From contig VGGQ01000001.1 in NCBI GenBank assembly GCA_016868535.1, positions 16,567 through 80,566 on the forward strand: a DNA stretch of 64,000 nt. The letters are read 5' to 3'. Within the stretch, counting starts at the first letter, position 1. Each line of letters opens with the position of its first letter. This stretch comes from Bacteroidota bacterium. GTDB taxonomy: Bacteria > Bacteroidota > Bacteroidia > NS11-12g > UBA955. The notes below the pieces were generated by a model that saw nothing but the letters and a program-made list of their open reading frames with translations, did no database searches and was not told the DNA's origin. Shown piece by piece: positions 19,355-29,261 of this stretch. A program made the translations under genes and the position numbers.

Positions 19355-21487
19355 ATGAGAAAACTTCTTTTGTTTACCTTAACCTTAGGATTATTCAGCA
19401 CCCGGCTCTTATCCCAAAACCAGGTTTTAACCGTAGAGGATTGTTTTAATCCGAAATATTCACCCGCAGGCTTGCGTGGTGTGCAATGGATTCCCAACAG
19501 CAACAGGTTCACTCAGATTAAAGGGAAGGCCATGTTATCCACCGATCCTGTAACACTTAAAAGCGACACATTGTTTACGGTTGAAAGCATGGCAGCACTT
19601 GCCTCAGCCGAAGGAGGCGAAATAAAGTCCATTCCATCGCTTACATGGAAATCTGATAATGAATGCTGGTTTATCAATAAAGGAAAACTTTTTGTTTACA
19701 ATACTTCCGACAAAACCCTAATAACGAAAAGAAAATTCACTCAAAATTACAATGCCATTGAAATTGCTGGAAGCACCCTGAATGCAGCGCTTATAGAGAA
19801 AGATAACATTTGCATTGTTACCGCAAGTGGGCCGAGAAGGATAACGCAGGATGGAGGTAATGGTATCGTTTATGGTCAATCAGTGCACCGCAATGAATTT
19901 GGCATTAATAAGGGTTTTTTCTGGAGCAACGATGGAAACAAACTGGCTTTCTACCGCATGGATGAAACCCGTGTAACTCAGTATCCGCTAACGGATATTT
20001 CAAATGGGCCTGCCCAAAATAGCTACATACGATACCCTATGGCTGGGGACAGCAGCCATTCAGTTGAAGTTGGCATTTATAATTGTCTTACCGAAGAAAT
20101 CATATACCTGCAAACGGATGGCCCTTACGATCAATATCTGACCAATATTGCATGGAGTCCGGGTGGACAATCTGTTTACCTGGCTTGGGTAAACCGCGAA
20201 CAGAATCACATGCAGTTGCGCAAATACAGGGCCGGCGATGGAAAACTTGACAAAGTGGTTTACGAGGAAAAAAACGAGAAATACGTAGAACCTGAGCATG
20301 CGCCTGTTTTCATTCCGGGCGAAGGCAACAAATGGCTTTGGATGAGCGAAAAATCGGGGTATAACCATATTTATCTGATGGATGATCGGCGTGAGCCCGT
20401 TCAGCTTACCAAAGGCAGCTGGGCCGTTACTGATTTCCTGGGATTTACCATAGATAATCAGGGTTTCTATTACGAAAGTACACAGGAAAGTCCGCTGCAG
20501 CGGCATGTTTACCTGTACAAGTTTAGTGACAGGAATCCCAAACCGGTAAAAATCACCAAAGGGGTTGGTACCCATAAATTACTTATTAATATTCATGCTG
20601 GTACATACCTGAATATTTACACATCTACTCAGGTTCCAAAAAGATACAGTGTGCACCAGCTTGACGGCACTTTGATCAATACTATTTTTGAAGACCCCAA
20701 TCCTTTATCCGGCTATCAAACAGGTGATATCCGCATTGAGCCGGTTATTCTGAACAACAATACCGCTCTTTACGGACGTATGTTTTTACCACCGAATTTC
20801 GATCCTAAAAAGAAATACCCGCTGCTTGTATATGTTTACGGAGGGCCACATGCGCAAATGGTTACCGAAAGCTGGCTTGGTGGCGGTTCTTTGTGGATGG
20901 TCTATCTGGCACAGAAAGGACTCATTGTATATACCATAGACAACAGAGGCAGTTCAAACCGTGGTTTCGAGTTTGAAAGTACCACGCATCGCAGACTGGG
21001 GACCATTGAAATGAACGATCAACTTTTTGCCCTGGAACAACTCATAAAACGGGGTTTTATTGATACCAATCGCATGGCAGTTCACGGATGGAGTTTCGGT
21101 GGATTTATGACAACAACCCTCATGACCCGATCACCCGGAACATTCAAACTTGGTGTGGCTGGCGGCCCCGTTATAGACTGGAAATTTTATGAAATCATGT
21201 ACACGGAGCGCTACATGGATAAACCTTCTGAAAACCCGGAAGGATACAAAAAAGCGAACCTGCTTGGCTATCTAGACAAACTTAAAGGCAAATTAATGCT
21301 TATCCATGGAATGGATGATGATGTGGTGGTTCCGCAGCACAGTTATATGTATTTGCTAGAGGCCGTTAAACAGATGAATACCCGAGTGGATTTTTATTTG
21401 TATCCGGGGCACAAACACAATGTGGTAGGACCTGACCGTGCGCATTTATATAAAAAAATAACCAATTACATCTTGGAAAACCTGTGA
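19355..21487 (+). CDS. Dipeptidyl peptidase IV (S9B family)
   Basis: Signal peptide from ATG 19355, HRNEFGI, YGGPHAQ, GWSFGG, YTERYMD, HG..DDVV, GHKH. Confidence 0.94.
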   Translation: MRKLLLFTLTLGLFSTRLLSQNQVLTVEDCFNPKYSPAGLRGVQWIPNSNRFTQIKGKAMLSTDPVTLKSDTLFTVESMAALASAEGGEIKSIPSLTWKSDNECWFINKGKLFVYNTSDKTLITKRKFTQNYNAIEIAGSTLNAALIEKDNICIVTASGPRRITQDGGNGIVYGQSVHRNEFGINKGFFWSNDGNKLAFYRMDETRVTQYPLTDISNGPAQNSYIRYPMAGDSSHSVEVGIYNCLTEEIIYLQTDGPYDQYLTNIAWSPGGQSVYLAWVNREQNHMQLRKYRAGDGKLDKVVYEEKNEKYVEPEHAPVFIPGEGNKWLWMSEKSGYNHIYLMDDRREPVQLTKGSWAVTDFLGFTIDNQGFYYESTQESPLQRHVYLYKFSDRNPKPVKITKGVGTHKLLINIHAGTYLNIYTSTQVPKRYSVHQLDGTLINTIFEDPNPLSGYQTGDIRIEPVILNNNTALYGRMFLPPNFDPKKKYPLLVYVYGGPHAQMVTESWLGGGSLWMVYLAQKGLIVYTIDNRGSSNRGFEFESTTHRRLGTIEMNDQLFALEQLIKRGFIDTNRMAVHGWSFGGFMTTTLMTRSPGTFKLGVAGGPVIDWKFYEIMYTERYMDKPSENPEGYKKANLLGYLDKLKGKLMLIHGMDDDVVVPQHSYMYLLEAVKQMNTRVDFYLYPGHKHNVVGPDRAHLYKKITNYILENL

Positions 21488-22344
21488 TTGAAACCCTGCA
21501 AATAGTGGAATGTCCGCGTGATGCCATGCAGGCTATCAAGGGTTTTATCCCCACGAAAGTGAAGATTGATTATTTTAGAAAATTGCTGGCTTGTGGCTTT
21601 CATACATTGGACTGCGGCAGTTTCGTAAATCCGTCAGCGGTGCCCCAAATGGCAGATACTGCTGATGTATTAAGCAGCATTGGAGATGTTAAAGGCAATA
21701 CGAAGTTGCTAGTAATTGTTGCCAATGAACGCGGTGCGGCAAGAACCATCGCTTATCCCACGGTAAATTATCTTGGCTATCCGTTTAGCGTGAATGAAAC
21801 CTTCCAGCGCAGAAATACCAACAGCAGCAGCACGGATGCTTTCATCCGCATGCGCAAGATTCATGAGCTAGCATCGATTGCCGGCAAAGAACTTGTGGTA
21901 TATATCAGCATGGCATTCGGCAATCCTTATGCTGAAGCGTATGACCGCGAAAAAGTTGTTGAATGGGTCGACAGGATTGTAAATGAGGGGATAACAACAA
22001 TAAGCCTGGCCGATACGGTAGGACATGCAAGAACGGAAGATATCAGCTATCTTTTCAATACCCTGTCCCGGCGGCACCCCGAAGTGGTGTTCGGAGCCCA
22101 TTTTCACGCCCGTCCGGATGCCTGGCAAAACAAAGTTCAGGCCGCATGGAATGCAGGGTGCCGGCGCTTTGACAGCGCAATTTTAGGTTTTGGAGGTTGC
22201 CCTTTTGCCAACGACGAACTTACCGGAAATATCCCAACAGAAGGGCTGCTAGCATGGATAAACACCCATTCCCCATCAAACATAAATACTGAGTCCTTTG
22301 CTATTGCCCTCTCTAGAGCTTCTAATGCCTACAGCGGGCATTAA
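21484..22344 (+). CDS. Hydroxymethylglutaryl-CoA lyase
   Basis: ECPRDAMQ, SFVNPSAVPQMAD, SLADTVG, AHFH, GFGGCPFA, GNIPTE. Confidence 0.92.
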   Translation: MIETLQIVECPRDAMQAIKGFIPTKVKIDYFRKLLACGFHTLDCGSFVNPSAVPQMADTADVLSSIGDVKGNTKLLVIVANERGAARTIAYPTVNYLGYPFSVNETFQRRNTNSSSTDAFIRMRKIHELASIAGKELVVYISMAFGNPYAEAYDREKVVEWVDRIVNEGITTISLADTVGHARTEDISYLFNTLSRRHPEVVFGAHFHARPDAWQNKVQAAWNAGCRRFDSAILGFGGCPFANDELTGNIPTEGLLAWINTHSPSNINTESFAIALSRASNAYSGH

Positions 22345-22347
22345 CTG

Positions 22348-23082
22348 TCAGCGCCTGATGGTATTTAACCTTTGCACAATTTCCATCAATCCATCGCGGT
22401 AATTCTTACCTACAGGAATTTCCTTGTTGCCTACTTTGATTCCGCTGCTGTGAACAGAGGCTATTTTATCTATAGCCACAATATAACTTCTGTGAACACG
22501 GATAAACCTGTCGGACGGCAGACCCTGCTCCATATTTTTCATGGTTTGCAGTGTCACAATCCGCTTGTCATCCGAAGTCCATATTTTTACATAATCGGCA
22601 AACGCTTCTACCAGCCAGATATCGGTAAATGAAACTTTTAGCAGTTTACCATCGCTTTTAATAAAAACAGAGCCTTCTGAAAGTTCAGAATTGTTTTTTT
22701 GCACTGATGCACGCAAATCAAAATATTCTGACAGCCTTTTTATTGTTTTGGCCAAACGACCCGGTGAAATAGGCTTCAACAGGAAATCAAGTGCTTCAAT
22801 TTCAAATGCTTCTGCCGCATATTCCTGATGAGCTGTTGTAAAAACCACTACACAGCCGTTATCCGTAATGCTACGGGCAAATTCAATTCCGCTTACTCCC
22901 GGCATGTTTATGTCGCTGAAAACTACGTGGACCTTGTTGTTTTTAAGATAATCCATGGCCTCTAGGCCATGGCCAAACGTTTTTTCTATTTTTACTTCCG
23001 GATGAATTGCCAGCAGGGTTTGCATAACCTCAAGCGCAAGGGGTTCATCGTCTACACATACACAGCGCAATATTTCAGACAT
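22348..23082 (-). CDS. LytTR family response regulator
   Basis: VDDEPLA, DINMP, FTTAH, LLKP, FIRVHRSYIV. Confidence 0.95.
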   Translation of the reverse strand: MSEILRCVCVDDEPLALEVMQTLLAIHPEVKIEKTFGHGLEAMDYLKNNKVHVVFSDINMPGVSGIEFARSITDNGCVVVFTTAHQEYAAEAFEIEALDFLLKPISPGRLAKTIKRLSEYFDLRASVQKNNSELSEGSVFIKSDGKLLKVSFTDIWLVEAFADYVKIWTSDDKRIVTLQTMKNMEQGLPSDRFIRVHRSYIVAIDKIASVHSSGIKVGNKEIPVGKNYRDGLMEIVQRLNTIRR

Positions 23083-23086
23083 ATAT

Positions 23087-24133
23087 TCAGGTATTTAATG
23101 CAAGTTTAACATGATATTCGGTTTCCCTGTCATTTACCTCCAAAGCATATTTTTCTGGATAAATTATATCAAGACGCTTTTTCAGGTTGGCCATTCCTAT
23201 CCCTCCCAGCCCGCTTTGGGTTTCGGTGATTTTTGCAGGCTTAGAATTGGATATTTCAAATATAATCTCCGATACTGTCGCCTCCAGCTTTATTTTTATC
23301 CAGGCATCGGCTATAGTGTTAAATGCACCGTGTTTAACACTATTTTCAAGAAATGTAAGAAAAAGCATGGGCTCTATCTGCACTTCATTCAAATTCCCCC
23401 GGGTTTCAAATTCAATTTCAGCCCTGCTGCCGAGTCTTATTTTCTCAAGGTCTATGTAATCCTTTAAATACTGAACTTCTTTTGACAGAAGTACACGCCC
23501 ATCTGCAGCTTCATAAAGAACATAACGAAGAATATTGCTCAGTCGCAATACCACTTCAGGCGCCAGGTCGCTCTTCTTCAATGTTAATGCATACAGATTA
23601 TTGAGGCAGTTAAACAAAAAGTGTGGATTTATCTGTGATTTTAGAAATTTGAGTTCGGTCTTGGTATTAATCTGCTGAAGCCTTCTTCTTACCTGTTCGC
23701 CCTGATACCAGTTTTTCAGCAATTTGAGCACCAGACTCAAGACCACGCTGAACAGCACGGAGAGGGCAATTAGAATAAAGAAATTCCATGACCATACCAT
23801 GTTTTTTAGATCCCGGTTATTTACCAGTTTATGAATGATAACGGATATTGGAAATACTGTTGCCGCAATGGTAAGTATCAATACAATGATGTAGGTAGTA
23901 TACTGACGGCTGTAGAGGTATTTATTGACAAAATAATAATTATTTACATAGCATACTGCTGCATGGAAAGTAAGAATCAATGAAGAAAAGAGAAGCCACT
24001 CCCTTAAGTTCTTACCCGGCTGAATAGAGATAGCAACAACGAAAGCATAGCAAAACCAATAAAAAATGTGATACAGCCTGTACTGGTTTACAAACCTGCT
24101 GGCCGAAGTAAAGATATTTCTAAAGAAGGACAA
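23087..24133 (-). CDS. LytS/YehU-type sensor histidine kinase
   Basis: Four TM helices, ELKFLKSQINPHFLFNCLNNLY, ENSVKHG, GGIGMANLKKRL. Confidence 0.94.
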   Translation of the reverse strand: MSFFRNIFTSASRFVNQYRLYHIFYWFCYAFVVAISIQPGKNLREWLLFSSLILTFHAAVCYVNNYYFVNKYLYSRQYTTYIIVLILTIAATVFPISVIIHKLVNNRDLKNMVWSWNFFILIALSVLFSVVLSLVLKLLKNWYQGEQVRRRLQQINTKTELKFLKSQINPHFLFNCLNNLYALTLKKSDLAPEVVLRLSNILRYVLYEAADGRVLLSKEVQYLKDYIDLEKIRLGSRAEIEFETRGNLNEVQIEPMLFLTFLENSVKHGAFNTIADAWIKIKLEATVSEIIFEISNSKPAKITETQSGLGGIGMANLKKRLDIIYPEKYALEVNDRETEYHVKLALNT

Positions 24134-24142
24134 TTGGCGAAA

Positions 24143-24376
24143 TTATCTGCCCATGAACAGGGTAATCAAACGAATTCCCCATTCTGCGTATATCCCTGAT
24201 TCTTCCACATTGGCTCCAAGTGAAGGTTTATCTTCCACCATCTCTTTTTGGGTACTGTTATTTTCCTGACAGGAAAAATAACGCTGGGCTGCCCAAAACC
24301 CAATTATATTGAGTGTAAGGAGCAAGAGTATCACATTTGACTTGGCAGAAATCCTGTAGGGAAACGACATTTTCAT
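24143..24376 (-). CDS. Small hypothetical membrane protein upstream of the LytS/LytTR pair
   Basis: One TM segment; fills the gap; TATTTTTG -7 element at 24379-24386; start may be ATG 24370. Confidence 0.6.
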   Translation of the reverse strand: MKMSFPYRISAKSNVILLLLTLNIIGFWAAQRYFSCQENNSTQKEMVEDKPSLGANVEESGIYAEWGIRLITLFMGR

Positions 24377-24466
24377 TCCAAAAATAGTGAATTTATTCTA
24401 AAATTACAATACCTTTTGATTAATAGACACAAAAATCCCGCCAAAGGTTACAGCAAATCAAAAAAA

Positions 24467-26368
24467 TTAATATCTTAGATATTTGACAATCTGCCTGTAC
24501 TGAAAAACCTGGCCAAGCTTTATAATACTATCGCAAAGTTTTTGCCTGCCGTTCACGAAAGTGGATGTCTTGGGTTGGTTATGAAAGACAACTTCAGCGC
24601 TGCCTTCTACAACACCAAACCCACTGTTGAAGAAATAAACAGCCGGCGAACGTCGGTTTGTATTGAGCAAACTGGCTGAATTTTTAAAATTTAATTTTTT
24701 AGGGGACAACAACCCCTGACTCAAGGTTTCGGCAATATCGCATTGGGAAGCAACCCGGTTTATTTTTAAACCTCTCAGGTCAGGATGAAGGGCAGGGCCC
24801 CAGAAAAAAAGCGGTATATGAAAATGTCCGGATCTGTCAAATTGCGTTTCAGTATAGCCAAAATCCCGGCCATGGTCTGCCACAAAAACAAAAAGTGTTT
24901 GTTTGTACCATGGCATTTTAGCGGCTTCTGTCAAAAAACGTCTGATACAGTTGTCTGTATATCCTATGCTGTTCAAAAAATCTTTGTGTGAAGATTCTCC
25001 ATTGAAATAGGGGCCTCCGGGAACATCATAGGGTTCATGGCTGCTGAGTGTAAGCATTACATGAAAAAAGGGCTCTTTTTCTTCACTGCTTATTTTTAAG
25101 AACTTTTTCAGCGCCCATTCATCATGAGCCCCCCACTTAGAGGTAACTTCCGCACTAATGAAATCAGCCTGATCCCTGACCGATTGAAACCCGGCGGCAA
25201 ACAGATATGAGCGCATATTGGCAAATCCAAGATCTCCGCCGTATAAAAAACTTGTCTTATATCCATTTTCATTGAAAAGCCTAGCCAGTGAAGGCAATTT
25301 GGCGGCTTTGTCAGGCTCGTGAAGGATACTTTGCCAGGGCTGGCCATGCCACGCACTGAGAACAGCTGCGAGTCCTTTATCGGTTCTGTCGCCGGATGCA
25401 TAGGCTCGCTTCATGGTAAATCCGGCCTTTTGAAGGCTGTCCAGAAACGGCATCGCATTGTGTTTCCCTGTGAGGTATTTGGACCCATACGCAGAAAAAC
25501 TTTCCATGATTATCAAACACACGTTAGGCTTCGACATATCGCTGAGCGGAGCACCAACCACTGTGTCGCTGAAGTAATACTTAATTCTACCTTCATCATT
25601 GTCTGTGTGGCAATAATGGTATGATTCTGCATCTATTGTTTCATTTTTATTTATGAGAAAATAGAGAAAATTCCAGCCACTGTTAATAGCAGCCATATTG
25701 GCAGCCGGTTTTACAGAAAACACGGCTACACTCTGATTGATGGGAATATTTCCGAAACCGCCCCTTATGGGAATAATAAAAAACGCAGCTGTGATGATTG
25801 ATTTAACGGCTGTATACATGTGCTGTGCGGGTGTCTGCGATGATTTGACTATCGCTTTTGCCAGCAACGTAAGGTATCTGTAAAACAGCAGCGTAAAGGC
25901 AACCCAGCAGATAACAATACCTGTCCATTGAGCCTCTGAAGAAGACGCCGCGGCCTCGCTCGGGGAATACAAATATTGCAGGGCCTGCCGGTTAAATTTT
26001 GTTCCCCATACCGCAAACAGTTCTGCATCAGCCAGGCTAATAATGATGGTAACCTGAAGAAAGATTACACCCAAGGCAATGAATAAAAACCTGAAAAGCT
26101 GCTGATGAAGTGACTTGCCAAGCCAGTAGGCAAAAATGCTTAACACCAGAAAATAAGACACAAATGCCAGATCAAGCGTAAAACCTGAGATAAAAGAATA
26201 AACTATCTCGGAAAAAGTTAATTCATAGAATGCTCCCTTGAGTATCAGAAACAGGCATCTGCCAATCCATTGAAGCATCATGCTCCATAGCAATACTTTA
26301 CTTAAAAATGAAAAAAAAACAAGCGATGCAGGGTTTTTAAGATTGCTATGCGAAACGGATTTGCTCAA
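24467..26368 (-). CDS. LTA synthase family membrane sulfatase/phosphoglycerol transferase
   Basis: Five TM helices, IRGG, IIMESF, ASGDRTDKG, WGAHD, TLSSHEPY, VADHG. Confidence 0.9.
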   Translation of the reverse strand: MSKSVSHSNLKNPASLVFFSFLSKVLLWSMMLQWIGRCLFLILKGAFYELTFSEIVYSFISGFTLDLAFVSYFLVLSIFAYWLGKSLHQQLFRFLFIALGVIFLQVTIIISLADAELFAVWGTKFNRQALQYLYSPSEAAASSSEAQWTGIVICWVAFTLLFYRYLTLLAKAIVKSSQTPAQHMYTAVKSIITAAFFIIPIRGGFGNIPINQSVAVFSVKPAANMAAINSGWNFLYFLINKNETIDAESYHYCHTDNDEGRIKYYFSDTVVGAPLSDMSKPNVCLIIMESFSAYGSKYLTGKHNAMPFLDSLQKAGFTMKRAYASGDRTDKGLAAVLSAWHGQPWQSILHEPDKAAKLPSLARLFNENGYKTSFLYGGDLGFANMRSYLFAAGFQSVRDQADFISAEVTSKWGAHDEWALKKFLKISSEEKEPFFHVMLTLSSHEPYDVPGGPYFNGESSHKDFLNSIGYTDNCIRRFLTEAAKMPWYKQTLFVFVADHGRDFGYTETQFDRSGHFHIPLFFWGPALHPDLRGLKINRVASQCDIAETLSQGLLSPKKLNFKNSASLLNTNRRSPAVYFFNSGFGVVEGSAEVVFHNQPKTSTFVNGRQKLCDSIIKLGQVFQYRQIVKYLRY

Positions 26369-28233
26369 TTTAGCTTAAGGAATCTGCAGGTTAATCCCTG
26401 GCCACACGGTTTTGCAACATACATCCCATCCGGCAAATCTGAAACATCGAGAACATTGCCATTCAGCATGCGCTGAATTTCCCTGCCATCAGCGGTTATT
26501 ATGCTGATGACCTGATTGGATATTGCCCCTGAAAAATGAATAATACCGTGGGTGGGATTGGGATAAATACGCATTTCGGACGCTTGGTAAACGGATTTGA
26601 TGCTGCTGAGCGCCACCAGAATGTAATTTGTTCTGGTCAATGAATCAATCCCATTGCCATTGGCGGCAACCAATTTAACGGAATAGGTTCCTGCTACCGA
26701 AAATTTAACCTGCGGAAATTGACTTGTAGAGTCTGTACCGGCAACGTAACTAAAACTCCTGGGTGTTATGATCCAGTCCCATTTTGTAGGCGCATTGGCG
26801 CTCATATCCACCAGCTGTGCATCTTCTGAAATGCTGAGCACGGCTTTTACAGCTAAAAAATCTACTGCCGGTTTGGCCGATGTGTTGGTACTTACGTTGA
26901 TATAGTTATTGCGCGTAAGGGGCACACTGCCCGAAGGATTACTGGCAGTAAGAGTTACGTTATAAGATCCCGTGGCATTGAAGGAAACATAAATAACCGT
27001 ATCTGTCAGTTTACCGCCTACCTGAAGGGTATAGGTAGAAGGCGAAATGTTCCAGATAACGGAAGTAAAGAAAGAGCTCTTGTTGGTAAGTTTCACGGTT
27101 TGACCTACAGTGGGCATCACATTGTTGCAGATAAAATAGGGAACTGCTGCCTGAATAATGGGGATGCGGCGAACAACATTATTTTCCCTATCACACACAT
27201 AAATACTTTTGTCTTTACTGCGGTAGGCCATGAGTCCAAGTTCACCAAAGCGTGCACTGCTATCGTTGCCTTCTTTGTAATCTGAAACTCCGGGCTTGCC
27301 TGCATAAACACGCAGTTTGTTGCCATCCCACATTTTTATACAATAATTATCCGCAATAAAAATAAGCCCATCTACGGCAAGGACATCAGAAGGTGCCACA
27401 AGTCCGCTGACCACGGTACTAACCTGCGCTGTGGCGAGGTTTACACGTCTGATCTTACCGTTGTTTCGGTCAGCTACCAGCAGGCTGTTGGTCCCTTCAA
27501 GACAAATTCCGGCCGGCGCATAAAAACGGGCATTGCTGCCAATTCCGTCGGCATATCCATAAGTGAGACCTTTGCCGGCAAAAGTAGTTACGTTATTCCC
27601 CGATATCTTGCGAATACAGTCATTCCCGTAATCCGAAACATAAGCGGTGCCGTCAGTAGTAATAACCAGATCTTCAGGACTGCTGAAATATGCCGCTGAT
27701 TTTGCACCATCCAAGTAATCACCAAGAAATGTGTATTTACCTGCATATGCATTATCATCATCCGGATTGATTTTGCTCAATCCATCCCAAATAGTCGGGT
27801 TCGAAGTGTTTACAAAACCGGTTCCAGAGCGAATCTGTCCGTTATCGGTATCGCATACATAAATAGAATTTGTTTTTGGGTGAACATAAATACCGCGCGG
27901 ATTGTTAAAATATGCTTGGGTGCCAGTAGCCCTGTAACGACCTATGGCTCCTGGGGACGTAGGATCGAGCAAATAACCACCACGCTGTATGCTATTCCCT
28001 CCATACAGAATAATTATATTATGCTGATCACTCAGCCAAATATTCCCACCTGTATCTACACATATACCGAAAGGATTGCTGTAATAATCATCAAGTAAAG
28101 GATTGGAAGCAACACCGATATACTTTCCTAAGCCAACATACTGCTTACCCGCATAAGTTGATACCGTTTGTGCGAAGGCCCACTGAGCCGCAAATATTGG
28201 CAGCATTGCCAGACATGTCTTTTTCATAATCAT
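26365..28233 (-). CDS. T9SS-secreted NHL-repeat/PKD-domain protein
   Basis: Signal peptide, NHL-like repeats (F..P.GI, YV.D..N..IR), two PKD modules (G.Y.V.L.A.N..G), CTD IYPNP...LDVSDLPDGMY. Confidence 0.85.
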   Translation of the reverse strand: MIMKKTCLAMLPIFAAQWAFAQTVSTYAGKQYVGLGKYIGVASNPLLDDYYSNPFGICVDTGGNIWLSDQHNIIILYGGNSIQRGGYLLDPTSPGAIGRYRATGTQAYFNNPRGIYVHPKTNSIYVCDTDNGQIRSGTGFVNTSNPTIWDGLSKINPDDDNAYAGKYTFLGDYLDGAKSAAYFSSPEDLVITTDGTAYVSDYGNDCIRKISGNNVTTFAGKGLTYGYADGIGSNARFYAPAGICLEGTNSLLVADRNNGKIRRVNLATAQVSTVVSGLVAPSDVLAVDGLIFIADNYCIKMWDGNKLRVYAGKPGVSDYKEGNDSSARFGELGLMAYRSKDKSIYVCDRENNVVRRIPIIQAAVPYFICNNVMPTVGQTVKLTNKSSFFTSVIWNISPSTYTLQVGGKLTDTVIYVSFNATGSYNVTLTASNPSGSVPLTRNNYINVSTNTSAKPAVDFLAVKAVLSISEDAQLVDMSANAPTKWDWIITPRSFSYVAGTDSTSQFPQVKFSVAGTYSVKLVAANGNGIDSLTRTNYILVALSSIKSVYQASEMRIYPNPTHGIIHFSGAISNQVISIITADGREIQRMLNGNVLDVSDLPDGMYVAKPCGQGLTCRFLKLN

Positions 28234-29177
28234 ACGAAATTAATCAAGGTGTTTTTAATGGCATTTTCAATTTCTTCCACCGCATGTTCATAACTGCGGG
28301 GTTTAAAATCTTTGCCTGTCATTGCCAAGTAAAGTTCCACGTAGCGTTTGGTAATAGATTCAACAAATAGATCCGGAATATCGGGCATTAACTGACCTTC
28401 GAGACCCTGAAATCCGCTCTCCATAAGCCATTCGCGCACAAACTCTTTACTTAGCTGTCTTTGCGGCTTGCCTTCCTGCTGAAGTTCATTGTAGGTATTG
28501 GCATAAAAAAACCGGCTGCTGTCAGGCGTATGAACCTCATCAATCAGATAAATTTCATCGTTGTGTAAACCGAATTCATATTTAGTATCCACCAGCATCA
28601 GACCTTTGGATGCGGCATATTCCGAACCCCGTTGAAAAAGCCTGAGAGATATATTACGCATGGATTCCCAGCGCTCGGAACTGAGCAGTTTTCTAGACAA
28701 AATTTCTTCTGCAGAAATATCCTCATCATGACCGCTAACTGCCTTTTTGGCCGGTGTAACAATTGGCTCAGGGAATTTGTCGTTTTCTTTTAAACCTTCA
28801 GGAAGCGCATTTCCGCAAAGCAACCTACCACCATCCCTGTAAACCCGCCAGGCGTGGCCCGTAAGGTATTGCCTGACCACAAACTCTATGGGAATGGCAT
28901 CACAGCGCTTACCTACAGTCACATGAGGATCTGGTGTTGCCAGTTTCCAGTTGGGCACTATATCTGCTGTCAGATCCAGGAACATGGAAGCAATTTCTGT
29001 AAGAACCTGCCCCTTATAGGGTATGCTTTTAGGCAAAACATGATCAAAAGCAGATATTCGGTCGGTGGCTACAATAACCAGTAAATTATCGGATATGGTA
29101 TACACATCACGTACTTTGCCGCGGTAAAAGGCGGTTTGATTGTTAAAAAAAAACTGGGTAGAGGTAAGTGCTTTCAT
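28230..29177 (-). CDS. purC: SAICAR synthase
   Basis: YRGKVRDVY, TDRISAFD, LVDTKYEFG, IDEVHTPDSSRF, SKEFVREWL; start at ATG 29177 or GTG 29192. Confidence 0.96.
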   Translation of the reverse strand: MKALTSTQFFFNNQTAFYRGKVRDVYTISDNLLVIVATDRISAFDHVLPKSIPYKGQVLTEIASMFLDLTADIVPNWKLATPDPHVTVGKRCDAIPIEFVVRQYLTGHAWRVYRDGGRLLCGNALPEGLKENDKFPEPIVTPAKKAVSGHDEDISAEEILSRKLLSSERWESMRNISLRLFQRGSEYAASKGLMLVDTKYEFGLHNDEIYLIDEVHTPDSSRFFYANTYNELQQEGKPQRQLSKEFVREWLMESGFQGLEGQLMPDIPDLFVESITKRYVELYLAMTGKDFKPRSYEHAVEEIENAIKNTLINFV

Positions 29178-29209
29178 TGCTCTTATTATCACTGATTACT
29201 TTGCTAGGG

Positions 29210-29217
29210 CAAAAATA
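29210..29217 (-). promoter_or_regulatory. -7 promoter element (TATTTTTG) for purC
   Basis: Exact TAnnTTTG in the intergenic gap. Confidence 0.5.
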
Positions 29218-29261
29218 AAACGCCCCTCCCTCACACTTTACAACGAGATATCCTCATTTTC

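Noticed and set aside
19097..19512. Apparent 415-nt head-to-head overlap of dapD and DPP IV
   Set aside because: Artefact of longest-ORF starts; homology and the signal peptide place the starts at 19299 and 19355
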